64,000 bases of DNA from Pseudomonadales bacterium (GTDB lineage Bacteria > Pseudomonadota > Gammaproteobacteria > Pseudomonadales > Azotimanducaceae), in assembly GCA_036351555.1 (NCBI GenBank), contig JAZBPI010000156.1, forward strand, positions 695 through 64,694, written 5' to 3'. The position numbers were made by a program, and so were the translations under genes. Shown here piece by piece: positions 30,451-40,667 of this stretch. The notes beneath the pieces were generated by a model, which searched no databases, was not told where the DNA came from, and worked only from the letters and a program-made list of their open reading frames with translations. Position 1 is the first letter of the stretch. Each line of letters opens with the position of its first letter.

Positions 30451-32310
30451 ATGTCCGGACGCATTCCCCAGGACTTCATCAACGATCTGCTCGAGAAGGT
30501 GGACGTCTCGGAGATCGTCGGTGCGCGCGTGGAACTCAAGCGCGCGGGACGGGAGTACAAGGGGCTGTGCCCCTTTCACGGCGAGAAGACGCCGTCCTTC
30601 CACGTGGTGCCCGAGAAGGGCTTCTATCACTGTTTCGGCTGCGGCGCCCATGGCACGGCCCTGACCTTCCTGCTCGAGCACGATCGCCTCGAATTCGTCC
30701 AGGCCGTCGAGACGCTTGCGGCGGCGGCAGGTGTCGAAGTGCCCCGGGAGCAGACGAACGTGCGCCGCGACGACCGCCGCACGCGGCTCCTCGACGTGGT
30801 GGACCGAGCGGACCGCTGGTTCCGCCAGCAGCTGCGCAGTCACCCGGAGCGTGCCCGGGCCGTGGACTACCTGCGTGCCCGCGGGGTCAGCGGGGAGATC
30901 GCCCGAACCTTCGGCATCGGCTATGCCCCGCCGGGCTACGAGAACCTTTTCGCAGGGTTGGGATCCGATCCCGCGCTGCGCCCGCTACTCGTCGAGGCGG
31001 GGCTGCTGGCCGAGCGGGAGGATGGCACGACCTACGATCGCTTCCGGGACCGGATCCTGTTCCCGATCCGGGACGGTCGCGGTCGGACCATCGCCTTTGG
31101 TGGCCGGGTGCTCGGCGACGGCCAGCCCAAGTACCTGAATTCCCCTGAAAGTCCCCTGTTCCACAAGGGCCGTGAGCTCTACGGGCTCTGGGAGTGCCGC
31201 CGCGCGGTCAGGGATCCGCAGCGGGTCCTCCTCGTCGAGGGCTACATGGACGTGGTCGGCCTCGCCCAGGCGGGCATCGCCGAGGTCTGTGCCAGCCTCG
31301 GGACTGCGGCGACCCGTGATCATCTGGAGAAGCTGTTCCGCCTGGCCCCCGAGGTGGTGTTCTGCTTCGATGGCGATGCAGCGGGGCGACGGGCCGCGCT
31401 CAAGGCCACGCACACGGCCCTGGACGTGCTCGAGGACGGGGTCTCGGTGCGATTGCTGTTTCTGCCGGAGGGCGAGGATCCCGACTCCCTGGTGCGCCGG
31501 GAGGGTCCCGAGGCCTTTCGCGAGCGCCTGGGGGCGTCCCGCCCGCTGTCCGAGTATCTCTTCGAGGAGCTCTCGGCGGAGCTCGATCTCGGCGTTCTGG
31601 ACGACCGGTCCCGGCTGGTGCATCGCGCCCGTCCCCTGATCGAGCGCATTCCCGGGCCCATGCTGCGTGCCCTCATGCTGCGCCGGCTCGCGGACCTCGC
31701 GGAGCTCCCGGTGGAGACCGTCACCGGCCCGGCGTCATCGCGCCCCTCGACGGTGCCCTCGGCAGACCGGTTCGAGGAGTCCCCACCGGAGGCCCCCTCG
31801 CCGCGCGGGCAGACGATGCGGGAGGGAACCCGCCGCAGGGTGCGCTGGTCCAAGGAGCAGTTGGCGGTCGCACTGCTGCTGCGCAGGCCGGACCTTGCTG
31901 ATCGGGTCGACGACGACCGGGCAGAGGCGTTGCGGCAGATCGAGGGTGCCGATGCGGCCCTGCTCCGGTCCCTGATCGCGCGTCTCCACGAAGCCCCGGG
32001 TCTGTCGACGGCGGCGCTCATCGCGGAGCAGCTGGGGACCGAGGATCACGCACGCCTGATCGCGCTCGCCCGGCGCGAGCTGCAGCTGGAGCGCGCCGCC
32101 CTCGAGCGCGAGTTCGACGACACCCTCGAGCGCCTGGCCGAGGGGGCGCGACGGGCGGGGCGGGCGCGCCTCATGGAGCGCATCCGCAGCGGTGAGGCGA
32201 GCGAGGACGAACTGCAGCGCTATCTGGCGCTCAAACGCGCCGATGCGGGGGTGCCCGAGGGCCTCGCAGGCGCCGGAGCCCGGGGCCCCGGTGCCGGCAG
32301 TGACCATTGA
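30451..32310 (+). CDS. dnaG: DNA primase
   Basis: Zinc ribbon CPFHGEKTPSFHV...YHCFGCGAHG; Toprim LLVEGYMDVV; ATG 30451 preferred to 30436. Confidence 0.95.
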   Translation: MSGRIPQDFINDLLEKVDVSEIVGARVELKRAGREYKGLCPFHGEKTPSFHVVPEKGFYHCFGCGAHGTALTFLLEHDRLEFVQAVETLAAAAGVEVPREQTNVRRDDRRTRLLDVVDRADRWFRQQLRSHPERARAVDYLRARGVSGEIARTFGIGYAPPGYENLFAGLGSDPALRPLLVEAGLLAEREDGTTYDRFRDRILFPIRDGRGRTIAFGGRVLGDGQPKYLNSPESPLFHKGRELYGLWECRRAVRDPQRVLLVEGYMDVVGLAQAGIAEVCASLGTAATRDHLEKLFRLAPEVVFCFDGDAAGRRAALKATHTALDVLEDGVSVRLLFLPEGEDPDSLVRREGPEAFRERLGASRPLSEYLFEELSAELDLGVLDDRSRLVHRARPLIERIPGPMLRALMLRRLADLAELPVETVTGPASSRPSTVPSADRFEESPPEAPSPRGQTMREGTRRRVRWSKEQLAVALLLRRPDLADRVDDDRAEALRQIEGADAALLRSLIARLHEAPGLSTAALIAEQLGTEDHARLIALARRELQLERAALEREFDDTLERLAEGARRAGRARLMERIRSGEASEDELQRYLALKRADAGVPEGLAGAGARGPGAGSDH

Positions 32311-32315
32311 ATCCC

Positions 32316-32345
32316 TTGGGGCAGGTCCCCACATCGGTTTATAAT
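32316..32345 (+). promoter_or_regulatory. candidate promoter for rpoD
   Basis: TTGGGG (32316-32321), 18-nt spacer, TATAAT (32340-32345); RBS AAGGAG before ATG 32399. Confidence 0.4.
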
Positions 32346-32398
32346 GGCCGGCTACGCCCGCCGCACCAGGCGTTGCCTCGACGACGCTAAGGAGCCCC

Positions 32399-34219
<1,821 letters not shown>

Positions 34220-34243
34220 CCCCGGCGTCGATGCGGGACCATG

Positions 34244-34274
34244 ACGGGGCGCCTTCGGGCGCCCCGTTCTCGTT
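34244..34274 (+). terminator. rho-independent terminator after rpoD
   Basis: ACGGGGCGCC-TTCG-GGCGCCCCGT perfect 10-bp stem, followed by TCTCGTT. Confidence 0.75.
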
Positions 34275-34314
34275 CCGGACCGCCGACCTCTCGGCCTTCG
34301 AACGGCGGCCCCGC

Positions 34315-35118
34315 TCAGGCGCTCGCTTCGACGAATCGGGCGCGCAGCAGGGCGCGGGCGGCCGCATCGAGACCGATGCTGCGCTCGAGGTAGGCGTCCA
34401 TGCCCTCGAACTCCTCCTCGATCACGCCCAGGGCGGCGCGCAGGTATTCGGGTCGCACGCCGGCGAGGGCGAGGATCGCGTCCCTGTCCGGCAGTGGGCG
34501 GTCTCCGTACCAGCGACGCAGGCGCGGGATCACCTGGCCCTCGAGATCGATGAACCGGTTGGTGGCCAGGTAGTCCTCCAGGATCGTCTCCTCGTCCACG
34601 CCGAGGACGTGCAGGATCAGCGCGCAGCCGAAGCCGGTTCGATCCTTGCCTGCCGAACAGTGGACGAGGAATCCGCCCTTCTCGATCTCCAGGAGGGCGT
34701 CGAACATGCGCGCGTAGTCCGACGCGTGCAGACGGGCGAGCTCCCGATTGATGTCCACCATGAAGCGGATCCGCTCCTCCAGGGCGAGATCCGCGTCTGC
34801 CAGCGCGGCGCGCATGGCCACGGCCGAACCCGGATCGATCTCGATCTCGACCCGACGAGGCCGCTCCGCCGGGAAGGGCGTGGGTTCCTCCATGCGTTCC
34901 AGGGGACGGCGGAGGTCGCAGATCGTGTGGATGGCGAGTCCTTCGAAGGTCTGTCGCGCCCCGGGTGCGAGGGCGGCCAGGTGCCCGGATCGGAACAGGC
35001 GCTGGCGTCGCACGGTGCCACCGCCCGTGGTGGCGTAGCCGCCGAAGTCGCGCAGATTCACCGCGCCCTCGATGCGGATGAGGCGATCGTTCACGGTGAC
35101 GGCTCCCGGTCGGCGCAA
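34315..35118 (-). CDS. protein-tyrosine phosphatase family protein
   Basis: CX5R signature HCSAGKDRTG. Confidence 0.8.
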   Translation of the reverse strand: MRRPGAVTVNDRLIRIEGAVNLRDFGGYATTGGGTVRRQRLFRSGHLAALAPGARQTFEGLAIHTICDLRRPLERMEEPTPFPAERPRRVEIEIDPGSAVAMRAALADADLALEERIRFMVDINRELARLHASDYARMFDALLEIEKGGFLVHCSAGKDRTGFGCALILHVLGVDEETILEDYLATNRFIDLEGQVIPRLRRWYGDRPLPDRDAILALAGVRPEYLRAALGVIEEEFEGMDAYLERSIGLDAAARALLRARFVEASA

Positions 35119-35213
35119 GCAGGGTTCCCGATGGTAGCGGTTCCTTCTTCGCGGTACCGCGCGACCTCGGCCGCCGCGATCCCGACCGGGACGGCTATAC
35201 TGCCGGCCGCATC

Positions 35214-35290
35214 GGGCCCGTAGCTCAGTTGGTCAGAGCAGGGGACTCATAATCCTTAGGTCGCAGGTTCGAGCCCTGCCGGGCCCACCA
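35214..35290 (+). tRNA. tRNA with CAU anticodon (elongator Met or lysidine-dependent Ile2)
   Basis: Cloverleaf readable. Acceptor GGGCCCG/CGGGCCC, anticodon loop CUCAUAA, T-arm GCAGG-TTCGAGC-CCTGC, encoded CCA. Resembles my memory of E. coli ileX, which also lies near rpoD. Confidence 0.9.
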
Positions 35291-35531
35291 TTGTCCTCCC
35301 ACCCCTCCACACATGAATGTCGTGGCGCGTCGCACCTGATCCGGGCGATCCCTGCGCACGGAACGCGGGGGCGGCCTGCTGTCCCGGGAGCCCGCGTGCG
35401 GTCCCGGCGAAGCCGCGGCAGGGCCGTGGTGCGCGTGCTGCCTGGCGCCACCGGCCGCGGTTGACGCACCGGCGCCGTCATGGAGCATGCACGGGTCCGA
35501 TTCCCGATCAGAAGGCAGGAAGGCTGCTGCG

Positions 35532-36149
35532 ATGCGACCCATGGCGTCCCTGTTCCCGGTCTGCCTGATGCGTACCTGGCGCCGCGCCTGCGACGCCCTG
35601 ACCTTCAGAGCGGTGCGGCGTTCTCTCGTCGCCCCTGTGGTGGCGGTCCTGCTCCTTGGCTGTGCATCGGCATCGGATCCCCCGGGCGATGCCGGTTTCC
35701 CCGGATCGCGGATTCTCATGCGCCTGGAGGGGTCCGGTCTTGCGCAGATCCTGGAAACGCTCGGGTTCGCCGACGTGGAGGTCGACGAGGACGGTGATCT
35801 GCTCCTGACCATGGGAGGGGTCAGGGTACTCGCGCTGCTCGGCTCCTACGGAGGCGAGTTCCTCCTGCTCATTGCGGGCTTCTCCGAGGTGTCGCTCACC
35901 GCCGAACAGGTGAACGACTGGAATCGCGAGTACCGCTTCTCGAAGGTCTACCTCGACGCCGAGGGGGATCCGGTCATCGAGGCAGAACTGGATCTCGCCG
36001 GTGGCGTCACCCTCGCCCGCGTGGAGGACTTCCTGCAGACCTTCGCCGGCGGCTCGCTGCCGCGCTTCGTCGAGTTGCTCGGCGCCGGAACCCGAGCATT
36101 GCGCCCGGTCTCTGGGCCGGGACGCTTCGACGCTCGGACCGGGTCCTGA
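35532..36149 (+). CDS. putative lipoprotein with YbjN-like domain (hypothetical)
   Basis: Lipobox LLLGCAS; ATG 35532 has RBS AGGAAGG. The GTG at 35613 would give a canonical 17-aa lipoprotein signal, so the start is uncertain. Confidence 0.5.
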   Translation: MRPMASLFPVCLMRTWRRACDALTFRAVRRSLVAPVVAVLLLGCASASDPPGDAGFPGSRILMRLEGSGLAQILETLGFADVEVDEDGDLLLTMGGVRVLALLGSYGGEFLLLIAGFSEVSLTAEQVNDWNREYRFSKVYLDAEGDPVIEAELDLAGGVTLARVEDFLQTFAGGSLPRFVELLGAGTRALRPVSGPGRFDARTGS

Positions 36150-36262
36150 GCTCGCAGGCCCAGGGGGGCAGGCGACACGCGAGCGAAGAAGCACCGGGCA
36201 AAGCCGCAGGTGGGCGGTGAGCCCTGGCCCGACGCGGAACGGGCGTGCGTCGCTGCAGCGCT

Positions 36263-37273
36263 TCAGGGCCCCCGTGCAGCGAGGATCTCCTGGAGCAGGA
36301 CCGGGTCGATGTTGCCGCCGCTCACCATCACCGCGAGGGTGCGCCCCTTCGTCGGGATGCGCCCGGCGAGGATCGCGGCCAGCGCGACGGCGCCACCGGG
36401 TTCGACGACGAGGCGCAGTTCCTCGAAGGCGTAGGCCACGGCGGCACGGACCTCGTCCTCGGAGACGACCAGCCCGGACCTGACCCGATCCCTGTTCACC
36501 GCGAAGGTCATTTCACCCGGCATGGGGGCGAGCAGGGCGTCGCAGATCGATGCACGGGAGAGATCGGCGGCGAGCCGGATGCCGCTCGCGAGGGAACGGG
36601 CGTGATCGTCGTAGCCCTCGGGCTCCACGGTGTGCACGGCCGCGCCGGTGCCTTCCAGGGCCAGGGCGCAGCCTGCGGTCAGGCCGCCGCCCCCGGTGCA
36701 GACCAGCAGCGCCTCCGGGTGCAGGTCCTGCTCGGCACTCTGGGCGAGGATCTCCAGGCCCGCGGTGCCCTGGCCCGCCATGACCCATCGATCCTCGTAG
36801 GGCGGAATGATGACCTGTCCCTCCTCGGCAGCGAGCGCGCGGCCGATGGCTTCCCGGTCCTCGGTCCTGCGGTCGTAGGTCAGGATCCTCGCGCCCGAGC
36901 GTTCCGTGCGCCGTCGTTTCACGGCGGGCGCATCCGCGGGCATGACGATGGTCGCGCGGAGCCCCATGGCCTCCGCGGCCGCCGCGACGGCCTGGGCGTG
37001 GTTCCCCGACGACCAGGCGAGCACGCCCCGGGCCCGTTCATCGGCGTCGAGGCGCAGCATGCGGCTCATGGCGCCGCGGAACTTGAAGGAGTTCGTGTGC
37101 TGCAGGTTCTCCAGCTTGAGAAGGATCCGGCCACCGGTGCGCTGGTCGAGGCAGGGTGCACGCAGCAAGGGGGTGCGGACGACGCGCCCCTCGAGGAGCT
37201 GCGCCGTGGCGACGACGTCCGCCCGCGTCGGCAGGGTCGCCGAGTCCTGCCGGGGGGTTCGGGAATCAGACAT
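36263..37273 (-). CDS. PLP-dependent serine/threonine dehydratase family enzyme
   Basis: PLP-lysine motif HTNSFKFRGA; 336 aa. Confidence 0.85.
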   Translation of the reverse strand: MSDSRTPRQDSATLPTRADVVATAQLLEGRVVRTPLLRAPCLDQRTGGRILLKLENLQHTNSFKFRGAMSRMLRLDADERARGVLAWSSGNHAQAVAAAAEAMGLRATIVMPADAPAVKRRRTERSGARILTYDRRTEDREAIGRALAAEEGQVIIPPYEDRWVMAGQGTAGLEILAQSAEQDLHPEALLVCTGGGGLTAGCALALEGTGAAVHTVEPEGYDDHARSLASGIRLAADLSRASICDALLAPMPGEMTFAVNRDRVRSGLVVSEDEVRAAVAYAFEELRLVVEPGGAVALAAILAGRIPTKGRTLAVMVSGGNIDPVLLQEILAARGP

Positions 37274-37394
37274 GCAGTGCGTCCATCATGTGGTGGAGCG
37301 CCATCTTCGCAAGGCCGTCTCTGGAGGAAGGCCGTCCCGGATCTGTCGCGTGCCCGGCGCGGGCATGGCGTTCGTCGTCGTCCTGCCCCGGCCC

Positions 37395-38045
37395 TCAGGC
37401 GAACAGCATGTCGGCCACGTAGGGGTTCGACTTGCGTTCCTGCCCGAAGGTGGACACGGGACCGTGGCCGGGGATGAAGGTGATGTCGTCCCCGAGCGGA
37501 AACAGACGCTCCCGGATGCTCGAGATCAACTGGTCGTGATTGCCACGGGGAAAGTCCGTGCGTCCGATGGATCCCTGGAAGAGCACGTCGCCGACCACGG
37601 CCAGGTGTGCGGCCCGGGAAACGAACACCACGTGCCCGGGTGTGTGTCCGGGGCAGTGCCGGACCTCGAGTTCGAGGCTGCCGACGGTGACGCGGTCGCC
37701 GTCCTCCAGCCAGCGATCGGGCTCGAAGGACCGGGCGCCGGCGAAGCCGAAGCGGGTGCCCTGCTCGGCGAGGGACTCGATCAGGAAGAGATCGTCGCGA
37801 TGGGGCCCCTCGATCGGGACCTGCTCGGTCTCGGCGAGTTCCGCCGTGGCGCCCGCATGATCGATATGGGCGTGGGTCAGGAGGATCTTCTCCAGGCGCG
37901 CTCCGGCTTCCCGCAGGGCCCCGCGGATGCGATCGAGGTCGCCACCGGGATCCACCACGGCCGCGCAGCCGGTCTCCGTGCACCAGATCACCGAGCAGTT
38001 CTGCTGGAACGGCGTGACGGGAACGATCATGGCCTTGAGGGACAT
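37395..38045 (-). CDS. MBL-fold hydrolase (glyoxalase II / YcbL-like)
   Basis: Start trimmed to MSLKAMIVPV; THAHIDHAG (HxHxDH), CPGHTPGH. Confidence 0.85.
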   Translation of the reverse strand: MSLKAMIVPVTPFQQNCSVIWCTETGCAAVVDPGGDLDRIRGALREAGARLEKILLTHAHIDHAGATAELAETEQVPIEGPHRDDLFLIESLAEQGTRFGFAGARSFEPDRWLEDGDRVTVGSLELEVRHCPGHTPGHVVFVSRAAHLAVVGDVLFQGSIGRTDFPRGNHDQLISSIRERLFPLGDDITFIPGHGPVSTFGQERKSNPYVADMLFA

Positions 38046-38065
38046 GGGGCGCCTCCTTCTGCTGC

Positions 38066-38512
38066 TCAGTGTCGGGTCGGTGGGGGCCCGGATGCCAGGG
38101 GTTCCTCGACGAAGACCGTGCGGCCGACCCGGCGGCCGATCAGGACGCAGCCCGCCTCGAAGGCCTTCTGAGCCTCGTCGTTGCTCCAGGCCCAGTCGCT
38201 GCCGCGGGCGTCGGTGAACAGGCGCCAGTGGCCGGAGATGTACACCTCGCCGAAGCGCAGTTCGACGCACCAGTCGTGCCAGATGCCGTCGCTCCCGTCC
38301 TCTTCGTATTCCTGCTCCACCAGGCGGCAGTAGTTGGTGGTGTGTTCGTCGTGCGCGAGCGTCTCGGCGACCACGAGTCCGTCGTCGACGCAGGACTGCC
38401 ACGCGGTGTGGACCTCGTCGGCGGAACCGAAGACGGTGCTGGAGATGGCCGCGGGGGTCAGCGAGAGGGGGATCGGGCTGTCCCAGTCAGGGTCGAGGCT
38501 GCGTTTCGTCAT
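38066..38512 (-). CDS. hypothetical acidic protein, 148 aa
   Basis: ORF between glyQS and the MBL hydrolase, same strand, 20-60 nt gaps; no family recognised. Confidence 0.55.
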   Translation of the reverse strand: MTKRSLDPDWDSPIPLSLTPAAISSTVFGSADEVHTAWQSCVDDGLVVAETLAHDEHTTNYCRLVEQEYEEDGSDGIWHDWCVELRFGEVYISGHWRLFTDARGSDWAWSNDEAQKAFEAGCVLIGRRVGRTVFVEEPLASGPPPTRH

Positions 38513-38572
38513 GCGTGTGGTCCATGGCTGCTGAGTGCGGCGTAGAGCGGGTGAGCCGCGTCGTCATCGGGC

Positions 38573-39985
38573 TCAGCCCGCGTCGGGCGATCCGCGCTCC
38601 GGCGATCCGCGCAACGGCGATCCGCTTTCGGCGAAGTAGTCCCGCACCCACTGCTCGAGGTTCGCCAGGGGCACGCGCTCCTGGCTCATGCTGTCGCGGT
38701 CGCGGAGCGTCACCGTCCCCTCGCCCTCGATCGTCTCGAAGTCCACGGTCACACAGATGGGCGTGCCGACCTCGTCGTGCCGACGGTAGGCCTTGCCGAT
38801 GTTGCCCGTGTGTTCGTAGAGAATCCTGCCGAGACCCAGCCGCTGCAGGCGTTGCTTGATCGCACGGGCCGTGGCGACGATCTCCTCGTGGTTCTTCTTG
38901 AGCGGGATCACCGCCACCTTGATCGGAGCCAGATGACGCGGGAAGGCCAGCACGGTGCGCTCCGAGCCGTTCTCCAGGGGCTCGACGCGATAGGCCTCGT
39001 TGAGCACGGCGAGCACGCCCCGGTCCACGCCGGCCGAGGGTTCGATGACGAAGGGCACGACCCACTGCTTCGTCTCGATGTCCTGGATCGCGAGCCGCGC
39101 GTTCGAGTCCGTGTTCGGTTCCACGGTCGCCACGAGCCCGAGCTCGCTCTGGCCCTTGGTGTGCGAGCCGAGATCGAAGTCCTGCCGGTTGGCGACCCCC
39201 TCGAGCTCCTCGAGGCCGTGAGGAAAGCGGTACATGATGTCCGTGGTCGCCTTGGAGTAGTGCGACGGCTCGTCGTCGGGAACCACGAGCAGCTCGAGGC
39301 GCTCCGCGGCCACGCCCTGGGCCTTCCACCAGTCGACGCGCTGCTCGACCCAGTAGCGGTGCCAGGTCTCGTCCGTGCCGGGCTCGACGAAGAATTCCAG
39401 CTCCATCTGCTCGAATTCCCGCACCCGGAAGATGAAGTTCCGCGGCGTGATCTCGTTGCGGAACGCCTTGCCGATCTGGGCGATGCCGAAGGGGGGGCGG
39501 TGGGCGGTGGCGTCCACCACGGTACGGAAGTTCTGGAAGATCCCCTGGGCCGTTTCCGGGCGCAGATAGGCGAAGTTGCTGCCGTCGTCGACGGGACCGA
39601 CGTTGGTCCGGAACATGAGATTGAAGGGGCGCGGCTCGGTCAGGTCCGTCGAGCCGCAGGCCGGGCACTTGCCCTCGAGGTGGTCGGCGCGCCAGCGCGC
39701 CTTGCAGTTCCGGCAGTCCGACAGGGGATCGGAGAAAGTGGCCTCGTGGCCCGAATGCTTGAGCGCGAGCCGATGGGTGAGGATGGCGGCGTCCAGGCCC
39801 TCGACGTCGTCGCGTTCGTACACCATGGCGCGCCACCAGGCGGCCTTGAGGTTGTTCTTCAACTCCACGCCGAGCGGGCCGTAGTCGTAGAGCCCCTGAA
39901 CGCCGCCGTAGATCTCGCCGGACTGGAAGATGAAGCCGCGTCTCTTGCACAGGGAGACGAGTTCTTCCATGGATTGGGCAGGCAC
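38573..39985 (-). CDS. glyQS: glycine--tRNA ligase, homodimeric alpha2 (GlyQS) type
   Basis: 470 aa; [40 protein letters not shown] class II motifs. GTG start with GGAGG RBS 6 nt upstream. C-terminal tail RGSPx repeats. Confidence 0.9.
   Translation of the reverse strand: MPAQSMEELVSLCKRRGFIFQSGEIYGGVQGLYDYGPLGVELKNNLKAAWWRAMVYERDDVEGLDAAILTHRLALKHSGHEATFSDPLSDCRNCKARWRADHLEGKCPACGSTDLTEPRPFNLMFRTNVGPVDDGSNFAYLRPETAQGIFQNFRTVVDATAHRPPFGIAQIGKAFRNEITPRNFIFRVREFEQMELEFFVEPGTDETWHRYWVEQRVDWWKAQGVAAERLELLVVPDDEPSHYSKATTDIMYRFPHGLEELEGVANRQDFDLGSHTKGQSELGLVATVEPNTDSNARLAIQDIETKQWVVPFVIEPSAGVDRGVLAVLNEAYRVEPLENGSERTVLAFPRHLAPIKVAVIPLKKNHEEIVATARAIKQRLQRLGLGRILYEHTGNIGKAYRRHDEVGTPICVTVDFETIEGEGTVTLRDRDSMSQERVPLANLEQWVRDYFAESGSPLRGSPERGSPDAG
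38585..38629. repeat. 15-bp tandem repeat x3 inside the glyQS 3' end
   Basis: ggcgatccgcgctcc / ggcgatccgcgcaac / ggcgatccgctttcg; encodes [14 protein letters not shown] on the minus strand. Confidence 0.85.
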
Positions 39986-40113
39986 GGCGCGCCTCCGGAG
40001 AGCGGAAATCGGGGGCGCGAACTATAGCCGATCCGGTCCCTGGCGGCAGCCGCTCGGCCGTCGCGGCGCCGGCCCGGCGGCGGGTGGACGATGCACGCTG
40101 GTCGCTTCGGTCG

Positions 40114-40168
40114 AGCGCGACCCGGTCAGGCGAGACCCGGTCAGGCGAGACCCGGTCAGGCGAGACCC
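40114..40168. repeat. 15-bp tandem repeat, ~3.7 copies
   Basis: Unit ggcgagacccggtca at 40129 and 40144, a 13/15 copy at 40114, and a partial copy at 40159. Each unit carries an in-frame TGA for the minus-strand small ORF. Confidence 0.85.
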
Positions 40169-40335
40169 TGGCTGGCGCCGCCGCGTTCGCCCTGTTGTCG
40201 CAGGGCGCGTTCGCGGCGCAGGGCCTCGGCCATCAGCTCCGGCTTCTCCCAGGGGCTGCGGTGGCCGCGGTAGAGCACGTGCGTTCCGGAGGTGAGCAAC
40301 CAGACGCGGGCATCGCGATTGCGTTCGATCTTCAT
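40156..40335 (-). CDS. unannotated small ORF, 59 aa (MKIERNRDARVWLLTSGTHVLYRGHRSPWEKPELMAEALRRERALRQQGERGGASQGLA)
   Basis: Below the ORF-track size cut-off. ATG 40335 preceded by GGGAGA RBS; G/C at nearly all third positions, like bona fide genes here. Confidence 0.5.
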   Translation of the reverse strand: MKIERNRDARVWLLTSGTHVLYRGHRSPWEKPELMAEALRRERALRQQGERGGASQGLA

Positions 40336-40598
40336 GCCGTCTCCCTGGAATCCCTGTCACTTGCCGGGGACATGATGTTGAAAGCGTCCGACTCGGGACG
40401 GAAATGGCGGCTGGTTCTAACGGAAGCACGAAATCGAAGGGACCGGTTTTGAGGCGCGCAGCGCGTGGCCTCGGGCGGGATCGACTCCGGGGGGGCGCCC
40501 GCTCCGTACCGACGAGCGGGGTACCTCGGCGTCCGAGCGGCAGGGCCTCATCGCCGCGCGCACAGCTTGTGGCCGACGACGCCTTTCGCCTAGGCTGG

Positions 40599-40621
40599 TT
40601 GTAATGCGATGTCATTAACAA
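40599..40621. promoter_or_regulatory. AT-rich imperfect inverted repeat (candidate operator/promoter element)
   Basis: TTGTAATG-CGATGT-CATTAACAA, 47 nt upstream of ATG 40668; conspicuously AT-rich in a GC-rich spacer. Confidence 0.3.
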
Positions 40622-40667
40622 CAGAGGCGGCGCCGGCCCGGACGCCGCCCGGGGGAGGGCACAGACC

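Noticed and set aside
35225-35812. 195-aa minus-strand ORF overlapping the tRNA gene
   Set aside because: It overlaps a well-formed tRNA and the lipoprotein gene on the other strand; low-complexity product.
38585-40168. Could the two 15-bp tandem arrays be a CRISPR or mini-CRISPR?
   Set aside because: The units are directly abutting with no spacers. They are only 15 bp long, and one array is in-frame coding sequence. There are no cas genes.
40500-40545. T-box-like string GAGCGGGGTACCTCGG near glyQS
   Set aside because: It is on the plus strand (wrong for glyQS) and far from the glyQS start. It lacks a specifier stem and a terminator/antiterminator pair. T-boxes are also not expected in this lineage.
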